A stretch of 61,960 nt of DNA, filler included, from Sphacelaria rigidula (Eukaryota): NCBI GenBank assembly GCA_964200075.2. It is 11 parts of 11 records of this genome, joined end to end, with 100 filler letters (N's around TTAATTAATTAA, not from the genome) between each part and the next. Parts side by side here need not be neighbours in the genome. Positions count along the whole stretch, not along the records: positions 33,854 to 39,395 come from CAXNAA020026488.1; positions 39,496 to 45,037 come from CAXNAA020026489.1; positions 45,138 to 50,678 come from CAXNAA020026490.1; 8 more parts are not named here. One strand, written 5' to 3'. Positions within the stretch are counted from its first letter, which is position 1. The number at the start of each line of letters is the position of its first letter. The position numbers were made by a program, and so were the translations under genes. Under the pieces are notes generated by a model. That model did not search any database and was not told the DNA's origin. It saw nothing but the letters and a program-made list of their open reading frames with translations. Below, piece by piece: positions 37,139 through 47,985 of this stretch.

Positions 37139-37305
37139 CTGCTGGCGTTAGACTTGATGGAGTGGATCAGCTCTCCATGGCAGGTGAAGATGTGTACGAT
37201 GCGATTAGATCCCGACGAAGCAAGAAGCGTGCCCTGCGGGTGCCACGAGAAGATCACCGACCCTTTTCCATGATGCCTCGCGTCTATCACGAACAGTGGA
37301 TCCAT
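37139..37305 (-). CDS. WDR19: WDR19/IFT144-like (intraflagellar transport WD40 protein), first coding exon
   Basis: ATG at 37305, with an in-frame TAA upstream. Encodes MDPLFVIDARHHGKGSVIFSWHPQGTLLASSGSNRIVHIFTCHGELIHSIKSNAS, ending AG|gtgagt; typical IFT144 N-terminus. An acceptor near 37363 implies a 5'UTR intron. Confidence 0.9.
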
Positions 37306-38409
37306 TTCAGTGCTCGTATATCTGTATTAGCTCCGCACTGGCGATCCACACTCAACCTCTTCCTGCACAGGCAAACGAGGCGAACAAGTGCATTTGCGCA
37401 TAGTTTTTCGTAGGCACATGTGCGTCATGTAGATTGAACACCCGCGGTCATAATTCAAAGCTAAAGTTTCGAGACGAAAGTGCAGAGTGAATGCACGTAG
37501 CACCTTTTATGATAGCACGAACGTCCCGTAGATTAGATCTGTAGGTGTTTATATCGGTATTACTACAAGCACACGTCGAAGAAGGAGAAAATAGGAATGA
37601 CACATCTCTGGCAATGTGCAGAATGGCTATCTGTAGAGTTGAACCCCTTGAAAGAATCTACGTAGATCCTGAGATCACCCCGCGTACATGTTCACCAAAG
37701 ATATCCGCAGACGCTGTCAACAAGCTGGCAGACCGTTGTACTATGCGGCAGACTTTGATCCCATAGTCTTGGCGCGATTGAAATCACACAGGCAGCAATA
37801 TCCATAAACACACGGGGTTCAGTCTTTCTTGTATAGATATCTGCCGGTCCGAGACGGGCGGTTTCCGCGACTGCTGCAGGCATGTTCGGGCCATGCCAGC
37901 GTATCTGAAAAAATGATGACGTGTGGACTAGCACAACTAGACACGAGGGCACGACAACAGCACCAGCAGCACAGTAGGCATCCAATTTTTGTGTCCCTGA
38001 CAAAGCAGTAGATTGCATACACTGTATGGTTGGAGAAAATCGTCGCGGATTTTCTTTGTTCATTCAGGCTGCAGTAGCGTGTATCTGCGGTTACTTCATA
38101 CAGTACAACAGATGGTGCCACGTATCGTTTTTGCTGTACGAGGAAGGGCGAAGAGGCGAGCGCAGCAATTGCATGCACACATCTCCGAAAAGCAAGGAGC
38201 GTTCTTGTTTGCCGAAGGGTACGGTAGGACGACCGACGCAGCGGTGCAAAGTTGAAGGATGCTGCCTTTGGAGCTGAACGGTGCCCCCTTTTCAGCGGAA
38301 GGATTGAAGAGCACTAAACTGGTGAGGACAGACTGAGCAGTCGAGCGTCATCCTTCGAGCGCCCGCAGATGGATCCTTGACTCTAAATTTTGAAGCAAGA
38401 ATACTCGGA

Positions 38410-38730
38410 CAGTAGACAAAAAAGGATACACACTGGTGCTTTTTGAACAAAGAGGGTAACGGATTTTTCGCTTGGGGCGCGGCGCTGCACGCGGGCTGAC
38501 ACCTCGAAAACACGTTCCAGCGCCGCAGCCGCACGCCCAAGGTGTCTGGGCAGCATGACCGACAACTTGAGCAATAGACGGGAAAATGTGCACCCTGCTG
38601 CTTTCGGAACAAAAAAGGGTCGAGGATTTTTCGCTTTGGGGCGCGGCGCTGCACGCAGGCTGAACGCCTCAAAAACACGTTCCAGCGCCCCAGCCCCATG
38701 CCCAAGGTGTCCGGGCAGCATGCCCGACCA
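38410..38730 (+). repeat. Tandem duplication, period about 163 bp
   Basis: GGATTTTTCGCTTGGGGCGCGGCGCTGCACGC...AAAACACGTTCCAGCGCC...CCCAAGGTGTC.GGGCAGCATG.CCGAC at 38461 and again at 38624. Confidence 0.9.
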
Positions 38731-39312
38731 TTTGCTTTCATTTTCACAAGTGTTACTAGTCTGAACTATGGCGCCGAAAATGAGAGCCTGTCAGAGTACC
38801 TTTTTTTGTAAACGAACCAGGAGGGTACTCTGACCGTTCCCTCTGCTAATATTTCATCTCTCACCCTCTTTTGTTCACCTGTTGACCCATTTTTGTGAAG
38901 TGGTGGCCGTAGTGCGGGCTCACCAGGAGATATGCCGAGCACTCACAACCATACAGTAGCCATTTTCGTTTGAATTACACCCGACCAAAAGAAGCCGGAA
39001 CCCAACGACCAAGAGAGTGCAGCCCCCTGCTAGTTGGCCCTAGGACCCGGAAGATCCAACGATGCATACGAGGCGCTGGTATGCCGGAGCTTTCAAAGAT
39101 CGAACGGACATGTGTGAACATCTTGCCCGCACACACGCCCGAACGGTGTCAGACCGTTGCTGGGTCTGCAATTTGCGGCTCGAGAACAAGGATAGGCACC
39201 GACCGGATTCCGGGTTGGAGGAGGAACGCCTGAATCCGATGACGTGGAGTGTACGTTCGAATGTCCTGCTCCTATCGACGCTGTTGCATCCATGTTTATT
39301 TTAGACCAACGC

Positions 39313-39395
39313 TACGAGCTGGGCCAGCCTAGAAGCGTTTTTGTAGTGTGCAGGCCCACCATTCTCACCTCAATTTTTAGAGTTGGACCCTAAAA
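39313..39395. mobile_element. Left end of a CGAGCTGGGCC-family MITE, truncated by the contig end
   Basis: TA|CGAGCTGGGCCAGCCTAGAAGCG...AGAGTTGGACCCTAAAA, similar to the reverse complement of 27626-27705. Confidence 0.8.
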
Positions 39396-41350
39396 NNNNN
39401 NNNNNNNNNNNNNNNNNNNNNNNNNNNNNNNNNNNNNNNTTAATTAATTAANNNNNNNNNNNNNNNNNNNNNNNNNNNNNNNNNNNNNNNNNNNNCGTGG
39501 TCTTGGGGAAAACTACTGGCTCTGGTTCGTACTGTGAATGAGAAGGAGATAATCTATTTTGTTTGTGAGGGCACCTGGATTCAATTGCTGCTGCTGCTGC
39601 TGCTGCTGCTACAATATTGGATCTGCATTGATTCGCCGCACCTGCTGTGCGCACTGCAACCTAGTACTCACAGCTTGAGCCTCTGTTCGTGAGAACATAC
39701 ATGGCAAAGGTGGACTGAGGCTGCCTTCTCAAAGGCTTTTAGCCTTAAGTTCATAATATATGGGGTTTCAGCTTGTAGTGATCAAGCTCTTGTTGTGTGC
39801 TGCCTACTACGGTGCAAGGTGTGTTTCTGTGCTCCCCTGAGGGTATCTCCTACATATTTTGACCCGTGAAAGGACCTGTTTTCAGCCCCGCACCTCAATT
39901 TTGTTCTCTTCCCTCGTGCTCCTGTACGCTGGCTTGTCTTGGACTGCAGCCTGAAGGAGTAACACTTGTAGTATTAGCGCGCACAACTGTGCCGCCTGCA
40001 TTGAGCATTTTTTGGTGTGTCGTATCGACTGTATTGACAGCTGTGGCTATGTGCGTATCTTGCGCGTGCTATGACTGTCAAGCATTTTCGTTTTCCCGCC
40101 TGCGGCAGTGCTGTTGTTACAGCTGCACGATTTTTGTTCTCGCCTCTGGAGCTCCTGGCTGTGCACACGTTCGCCCGTGGCTGCCGCCGACACAAGTAGC
40201 GATCGTCGCATCAGCGTGCACCTCCGCGCTCGCTATGTTATATAGAACGCTTTGGTTTTGTGGATTATGTACATGCTGCGATCGTTCCCTTGCTGTCTAC
40301 CCCGTTTCCGGCGCAAAACAGTACGTGCACAATTGGTCTCAGGTCCGAACAAGAAAGCCCCAAGCGGGCTGCGTCGAGGTTTGTGTGTACAGAGCACCGA
40401 GGTTCATCATCGAACGCCACTACACCACTTTTGTTCACCGTGTGCACTTTACACCACTCTCGACGTTTCATTTCTAAATCAGCACTGGCCATATTCCCTT
40501 TGCCTTCAGTTTGTTTGCGCACGCCTGAAAACCCGTGTGTGCAGCACAAGACCATTCCAGTGTTGGCGTCGCCCTCCATGCGTGCGGAGCTATATATAGT
40601 AGTACCTGTTGTTGTTGTTATTGTTGTTGTCTTCACATTAAAGACCGCTCCGATATCTGCGCGGTACATTCGTACTGGGCATCTGATGCGGACGCCTTCC
40701 GTGGTCACTTTTCCTGGTAGTTTATTTGCTGTACATTACTCTGCGTGATTGTTTTCGTGATGCCACGACATCACAGCATCGCTACCTCTATTGGTGTGTC
40801 GTGGTGGGAGAAATCCACCACCCAACCACTCCGCCGCGAACGCCGAGGTTAGTTTGTGTACGGCCCTCTTCAGCGGCAGCGAATCGATGCCTTGCTGATA
40901 CATAGATTTGTACATATTTTTTCGGTTCTGTGCAGTTGTCCTTTTGCTCCGTTCCTACACCCTCTCATGAGAACATGCGGGGTATCTACTCACTGCTATT
41001 TATGGAAACATGCGGAGTAACTGCACACAAATGTGCACGTTCTTGGGTAGCCTGTCTCCATTACATGTGCACGTTTCAGACGTCTGCGTGTGTACTTTTG
41101 TGCTGTGTCTTGAGGTGGTGGACCGACGAACGATGAGCCCAACAGCAAGACACAAGCACCCCTTTCCGGTGTTTCGTGTATGCCCTTGGCGAATATAGCT
41201 ACCCCACAACGCAACACATGAGCACAGATGAACCAAATTGTTTCCTCCCGCAGTTCTCACACCGAATGTATGTGTCCACGCATATAGCCTCTGATCGGCA
41301 GATGCGTTGCTCCCATGGACGATGCTCCAACCCGGATGCATGTTTTGTTT

Positions 41351-44300
41351 TGTTCTATTTTCGTGGCAGCGCTATATACTGCATTTTTCAGCATCGCTGT
41401 CACCAACTTCCATCTACTGGTGGATCTGCTAGTATTTTCGAGTGGCCTATCCACTTTGGCCTGCAAGTTTCCATAGCCCACGCGCGGGGTCGTGATCGAA
41501 TCGATATCCTGGCCGAAACACCGACGTTGTGGTTACGGATGCTTTGGCTCCATGTACTCTTCAGTACTGAACTCTCTGAACTTTCTGTAGTGCGCAGAGT
41601 AACTTGAAACACTGCCCTTGGTGCACGACCGGGAGAGTATTTGTTTTTGTGCTCGTTTTGAAACACCCTGCATTACAGTACAGTAAACTTGAGTCAGGTT
41701 ATAGCCTAGTGTATTGCTGTCATGGTTCCGATACGGCCCACCAACCCCGCATCACGAGCTAGGTGTGTCTGCCTCCCATGCACTCGATACCTTTTCTTCG
41801 CCGGAGTGTTTCATTTGATTTTTCGCAGGCATATGATACGGCTGCGGTCGAGTGTCACGTCTTCGAATGATTCGGCACAACAGGACATAAGTACTACGGT
41901 AGCAACACCGTCTCCGAATTGGATCACGATCGATAGACAAATGCGGCTATCGCCAGTATTCTGTAGCACTACACGATGTTCGGTCGCCTTTTTTTCTTGG
42001 AGTTCTTCACACGAGTACTGCCCTTCCGGTTGAGTACCATAGGTAACGTTTCTTCGCGCAACCCTCGTGTTAGAGCAGCATTTCAGGTGCCGACCAAAGT
42101 TTGCGGGTCCATTCCGTCTAGCTCCACTTCATACAAATGTCCTATACACACAGGGTTTCAGCGGCAGTACTATTTCCACCCTGCAGGTGTGCGCCCCGCT
42201 TCCCGAGTGTGATTGTTTTCCAAATGGATTTTTGACACCGGCACACCTTGAAGCATGCGTCACCCAGCCCATCCTGTTGGGGATGTGCAGCCGTTTGTGT
42301 TCCGTAGTCTGGCCATCAAACATCTTTATCCCCATCACGAATTGCGCTTTCAAGCAGCGAATACAAGTTGTTGTGCTTGGATCGATATCCTGTTCAAGCC
42401 ACTGGCTCTTCGGTTTGAAGTATGTCAGTTTCCACATACAGTACACCAGCGTGCAAACGCCCCGCTCTCCCACTTTCGTAGTGAGGGTGCAAATTGAGAG
42501 AAAGCGCTGGTGAAGTATGAGCACCTCGGTACTGGCTACATCATGCGCACGCACACTGTCCGAACCAAACGCGTCGGATATTCGAGTCCATCACACCTCT
42601 CCACCTATGCATCATACGGACGGGTGTTTTTCAATTTCGGGTTGTTCCCACATGTGCCACTAGCTGTATGTCAAGGGATTTATTGCATACACTTCCTCCC
42701 AGCGTGACAAACATTCCTCCAATGCATACAGGTAATGCAGGGGTACCTTGTTTTGGAACCACCACTACGGTATTTCAAAATCGATACCATCAACGGATTC
42801 ATGGATCATGACCACAGGGGGCCCTCGCTTTCCGTTGCTCCACGGGTTGGAGAAGGACCCCCGGCAGTGACCCGGTCGGTAAGCCAAGAACTGACACTGT
42901 CACGAATGCTCCCGCGAACTTCCTAACAGCGACAGGTCATGACGGTACGCCTCAGGTATAGGATGTGCCGCTACCGCCCTCTGCCCCCCCCGTTGCCCCC
43001 TGAGCCAGCACCAACAAAAGAGGTCGAGGCGGAACGTGTTGAGCCACAAGCCCAGCCTGCCTACTGTCGGTTCGTTGTCGCGTTCACGTGCGGGTCCGCC
43101 ACTGGCGACCCCACACCACGACAGGCTCACGTGGGTAACAGACGATTCGTCCCCCGACAACGTGCCTACCGATAAATTCGTAGAGACGATGTCTATTTCC
43201 ACTACATGTGTTGATGTTGATGACGAAGTTACGCTGGCGCAGCCACCGGAACCACGTCGACGACGAAAAACCATCGACTCCTTCGTCCATTATTGTAGAT
43301 GATTCGGCAGAAACATCGCAGTGCACGGCTGAAATTTCCGCCGACCCCGCAGTTGGGACATCCACTATCAAGCCGGCAGTGCATGCCCCCCCATGCCGAC
43401 ATCACAGCCGACCCCGCCCCTACCACGACGATCACGACAGATAGTCGCACCCCCATAGCGGTTTACGAGATACGTAGCCCTTACACCCCGACATTGGAGA
43501 ACCCCAAGACCAGTACCCACATCCCCAGGCCCCACAAGACCACCCCGGAGTTATTTCAGTATTAGGTTCAGGAAGTACAGCGAACACATATCAATTATTT
43601 GCCGACAATTGGCCCGGTTCTTAAACGTGGCGTTGTCACCTTAGACGATGCGTCTTCTACAACTAGAGTTGGACTGAAAAACTACTTGAAAGTGGATCTT
43701 GTGGAAGCCATCAACTTGTGGCCCTGGTATTACTGGACTCGGACTCCCCTCAGACCTTGCCCACCGTCAGTTGCTGGCAGGACATGCCCCGCACCGGCGC
43801 GGCCGATGACAAATGGCTGCCCCCTTTCCCCCCCTCGCATCTCCGGTGGCTCCGGGCAGGTTCTACTCTTCAACGATTGAGAGTTCAGTTCTTCAACGAT
43901 ACGCACCCCATAGCAGCACGACCTTCTGTTTCGGCTCTGATTGCTCCACACAATGCCACTTCATTCCATGTTTCGTTGGGCAAACGAAGCTGGTTGCGTT
44001 TCCGACGTATATGTCCGGACAGGAAGCTGTAGTTGTGAACAACGGACGCCAGCAATTTTTCGGGCGTCTCCGAATCGATTTAGTATCCAACCATTTGTTG
44101 AGGTATGCTTCGGCTCCGCTTCCACGTACACCTCTCCTGATGTATGTCCCTGCACCAGTACCACTTTCCCAACTGAAGTCGAGCAAAACGCTGATTGTCG
44201 TGGACCAGTTTCAGCTGATAAATTGGTTGTGACCGCGTTGGATAACGACGCGGAAACCGACATTTCTCAAATATTCTTAGATTGTTTCGAGCCTCAGCAG

Positions 44301-44500
44301 CGAGCAAGGTTTTTGCGAGTAGAGAATGACGTTCCACCACACCTGTCACATCACCCTCATTCTCGACGGTGCCGGTTGTACCGCAGCGGTCATCGACAAA
44401 CTTGTAGATGTTCTGATCCGCTCCACCACGCGATTGCCCACCTCACCTCTGGATTTGGGTCGATGCACGATGGCTCCGTTTAAAATCAACGTGCTATAAG
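41351..44500 (+). mobile_element. Decayed 5' half of a Ty3/Gypsy LTR retrotransposon (LTR end, PBS, gag region, aspartic protease)
   Basis: CA|TGGTTCCGATACGG at 41723-41736 looks like a tRNA-Glu PBS. 43718-44005 encodes ALVLLDSDSPQT...RLRVQF...VSLGKRSW, a retropepsin-like LLD(S/T)G...(V/I)LLGRDW pattern with the catalytic G mutated. The LTR start and the 3' bound are approximate. Confidence 0.6.
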
Positions 44501-45200
44501 CAACGCCTCCCATCGACACACACCCGTCTCGCACAAATCCGCTGCTGTCATCCAGTATAAGTAGTCATAATTAGCTACCTAGCAGCGGAAATCATTCGTG
44601 TACGCTTTCAAGACTACAGGTTTGAGCATGAGTGTGCTGAAACCGAGACTGCGGGTTTTGGCATGAGTAGGCTGACACCGAACAAAAACGTCTGGTTCGC
44701 ACATGAGTGGGCTGACACCTTCTGCCTCGAAAACGGCGCCCGGTGGTTTTCCTCCTCGATCTCCCCTCTTGGGTTCTGGGAATGCCAGCACCACTTCAAA
44801 AACCATATATTCGATAGGGCCTTTTTCGTGTGACGGCCCCCGCATAAAGGTTGCCGCCGCTTCGAGCCCACAGTCCCCCCATTTGGTTTCACTGTACAAT
44901 TACCCGATCCCATTTCTCGTAGCACGAGAGTGAACGAAAAAAACACACGTTTCCCCCCCCCCCCCCCCCCCCCCCCACAAAAGCACGAAAACAACCCCAG
45001 CCCCACCCCCCCCCCCCCAAACCCACCCGCCTCCCTCNNNNNNNNNNNNNNNNNNNNNNNNNNNNNNNNNNNNNNNNNNNNTTAATTAATTAANNNNNNN
45101 NNNNNNNNNNNNNNNNNNNNNNNNNNNNNNNNNNNNNGCTTTCAACGACGATCTGACTCGAAAATTCGAGCAACATATGGCCCAAACTACCCCCCCCTCG

Positions 45201-46040
45201 CTATCGTATGATGACTCCGAGAAGCTTGGCCAAAGTGTTTGCTTGACGGGACATCGCTTGTTGGTGTTTCAGTACAGCCGACCAGTTGTGATCAGACGGA
45301 TATGGTGCGGGAACACGAGGGTACGTGGCCCCATGCGGAGTCAGCCCACCCAGCCCGGATTGGGCTGCCGGGGTTACACCAGAGGGATTGAGAGATCCGT
45401 AGAACGGACTGCAGTAGAGACTAACCGGGTCTGGCGCGACCGTAAACCTCGAACGGCGCTGTGGGGGCAACGGCGGTGGAGGTGGCAGCTGGGAATGAGT
45501 GAAATTTCCAGCGGTCGGGGCTTGATGAGCCCCCTGAGGCACAGAGACTGGCATTGCCGGCTGAACAGGTGGAGGAACAGACGGCGGGACATGCTGAGGC
45601 ATCGGGCCAAAGTCCCCTTGCTGTTGCTGTTGCAGAACCTGCTGATGAGGATGTGCGGCCACCTGTTGTTGCTGCGGAAGCGGTTCAACAGCCTGCTGCT
45701 GAGGGGGTACGGCAGCCTGCTGTTGCTGAACACGTCCAACAAACTGTTGCTGAGAAGGTGCGACAGCCTGCTGTTGCTGAACAGGTTCAACAACCTGTTG
45801 CTGAGAAGGTGCGACGGCCTGCTGTTGCTGAACAGGTCCAACAACCTGTTGCTGAGGGGGTGCGACGGCCTGCTGTTGCTGAACAGGTCCAACAAACTGT
45901 TGCTGAGGGGGTGCAACAGCCTCTTGTTGCTGAACAGGGACGAAAGGTTGCTGCTGTTGGGGGGCTTGCACTGGAGGCTGTTGACTCGACCCGGATGGGT
46001 AGAAGGGTTGGGCTTGCGGGTTCAAGGGGTTTCCGCTCAT
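45201..46040 (-). CDS. Gag-position ORF (279 aa) with an N-terminal PAM2-like motif and Q/P-rich 17-aa repeats; probably frameshifted near its end
   Basis: ATG at 46040 gives MSGNPLNPQAQPFYP, then (QQQQAVAPPQQQVVGPV) about five times and a Pro-rich stretch. It is intronless and lies about 430 nt downstream of a candidate LTR end and PBS. Confidence 0.6.
   Translation of the reverse strand: MSGNPLNPQAQPFYPSGSSQQPPVQAPQQQQPFVPVQQQEAVAPPQQQFVGPVQQQQAVAPPQQQVVGPVQQQQAVAPSQQQVVEPVQQQQAVAPSQQQFVGRVQQQQAAVPPQQQAVEPLPQQQQVAAHPHQQVLQQQQQGDFGPMPQHVPPSVPPPVQPAMPVSVPQGAHQAPTAGNFTHSQLPPPPPLPPQRRSRFTVAPDPVSLYCSPFYGSLNPSGVTPAAQSGLGGLTPHGATYPRVPAPYPSDHNWSAVLKHQQAMSRQANTLAKLLGVIIR
45675..45938 (-). repeat. 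51-bp coding minisatellite, about five copies plus degenerate flanks
   Basis: Plus-strand unit close to AACAGGTCCAACAACCTGTTGCTGAGGGGGTGCGACGGCCTGCTGTTGCTG. Confidence 0.95.
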
Positions 46041-46465
46041 CCTTTTGCCGATTTTCGAGTTGGCTATTCGGTACTTGAAACGATAACCTGCACACATATG
46101 CCAGATGGATATAATAACATCAGTCAAACGTACTTCATAATATCGACACAGTACCTCACCGTCTCGTGGGCGCGTTGGGTAGAATGGGATGAGAAACGTC
46201 CTTAACTCATCAACGGCGAAAAGACACAATGGGATAGAACAGACAGCCTCAATTTTCCATCATGGTACAAGAGTGGAAAGCAGAAAGGGAAGATGAACAA
46301 GGGGGAAGCGGAAAGCAGGAAAGCATGACAGAAAATTTGATCGCGCGGGACGGGTTCATATGAGCATTCGGCTCGGATTTCCCCAAATGGGGAATAATCA
46401 AGGATGTTCTCCCAGGCCTCGGCCTCCTGTCAACCTGGAAGAGCACGCGGGGGGGAAAAACGGCT

Positions 46466-47107
46466 CCCATAACCTGTTCGAATGAGCACGGTCTTACTAT
46501 CTTGGGCCTCCGTCCTCCTTCATTTCCCTGTATGTAGTGATTTCCCGCCTGCTTGTGGGTGAGCCTATTGTATAACGCACGCATACTACGAAATCACACG
46601 AATTTCCCAATTCATTCACACGTTGTCTGGCTTACATGCTAGCAAAGTGCATAATGTCCTTAATTATTACTCTCGTTGCTCAGCACCAGCCAGCCACTCT
46701 GAACAATGTTTCCGTCAGATTGAGAGTAGAGGATACGATCGAGAGTAAAAATCTGTCAATTAGTGAATTAACCGTTTCAGTTCCGAAATGCCCCTCCACG
46801 AGGCCCGATATTCTTTCTGTAGTAGCTTGCCACTGAGGCTCTTGATATCCCTGAGAAGGATATCGACGTATAACTATAAGCACACGGCAGTGATGGAGGC
46901 GAAGAAAAACACACACGGCACGAAAAAATGGCTAAATTAAAGCGAATGATCAAAGCCACTCTCAATCCGCGCTCTACTCTCAATCTCACGAAAATATTGT
47001 TTCTGTCGATTTCTCTTTGATATATATTTCGGCAAAAGAATGAGTGGAGCCCGTAGACCCTCAAGACCAGAAGCCCCATCCAGGAGAACCCGAAGGTGGT
47101 CAAAACA
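46466..47107 (-). mobile_element. Candidate 5' LTR (47107-46475) and PBS of a Ty1/Copia element
   Basis: The minus strand begins TGTTTTGA and ends TCGAACA (TG..CA with a short terminal inverted repeat). It is followed immediately by GGTTATGGG, the start of the half-tRNA(iMet)-type PBS GGTTATGGGCCC of copia. No second LTR is present in the contig. Confidence 0.5.
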
Positions 47108-47784
47108 TGCCCGATTAGACGATCAACTCTTGTAGTTGGTCGCCAGCGCGTGCAGAGTAGACATACAACGGGAATCGGGGGGTAACGTTCGTCGGGTAGC
47201 CTTGTGCAGGTCTTTTGGTGTGCAACACTCTCAGCAGTTGTCCAATCGCGACAGTGTTGAGGTGATCAACGCAGCCATGGGTGGAAGACTTAGGGGATTC
47301 ATGACTGATGGATTGATAATCCGCCTCTCCAGGAATCGTCGAACCAATATTGCGGAAGAGAAAACAATATTATGGTCAGTGTTTGAGTACACTTGGATAC
47401 AATTCTTTCATGTATTTAAAGCGCACCGTTGGGTCTGGTCTATTCAACATCATAGAAATACACCCCACAGCCTTGAGCTATCCTGGCAGTGAGAACCATT
47501 TTGAGGTTACTTCCATTTTCATGACAATAAGCATTACGACTATCAGTGCTTACCCCCCTGACCAGGAGGTAGGGTAAATGCCTCATGTGTGGTAACCTGC
47601 GTAATAAATGATTCACTGGAGATTCACTGTAGACAGGTCAAAATTCGTTTTAGTTACAGACGCAGACATTCTACACCACTGCGTGAAATTGATGCTCATG
47701 CAACAGATGACCTGCTCTCGTTGTCTAAAGGCTAACCGCAATTCTCCTTAACACCTTACTTAACACGAGGCAACATTCTAAAAC

Positions 47785-47985
47785 TGCTGCACCCGTGGAC
47801 AGATAGCACCCTGTGGGGCGCACTGGGCAGGGTCCGTACAGGTTCCTCCACAGTGTGAAAAAAACCCTGACAGTGAAAAGCCAAATCTGTACTCCTCGTA
47901 GCGTTTTGATAGGGTTTTTCCCAGGGTTGGATTTGCAGCCCTGTGTAGGCACGTCGGCAAAGCCCTGCACATTCCTGTGGTAGTG
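47785..47985. mobile_element. Right terminus of a CACTA-type element; related left end at about 49791-50056
   Basis: Ends ...CATTCCTGTGGTAGTG (reverse complement CACTACCACAGGAATG), with recurrent CCCTG(T)G subterminal motifs. 47789-47816 is the reverse complement of 50028-50055 with 2 mismatches, and 49791 begins CACTGCACAGCAATG. Confidence 0.55.

Noticed and set aside
40240..40420. Possible Tc1/IS630 DDE remnant (FVDYVHAAIVPLLSTPFPAQNS)
   Set aside because: A single weak motif; DNA..H and PPYSPDLNPIE were not found.
45177..46205. 342-aa plus-strand Leu-rich ORF (LLLLNRSNNLLLR) resembling an LRR protein
   Set aside because: It is the antisense shadow of the CAG-rich 51-bp repeat. The minus strand carries the meaningful motif and matches the LTR/PBS orientation.
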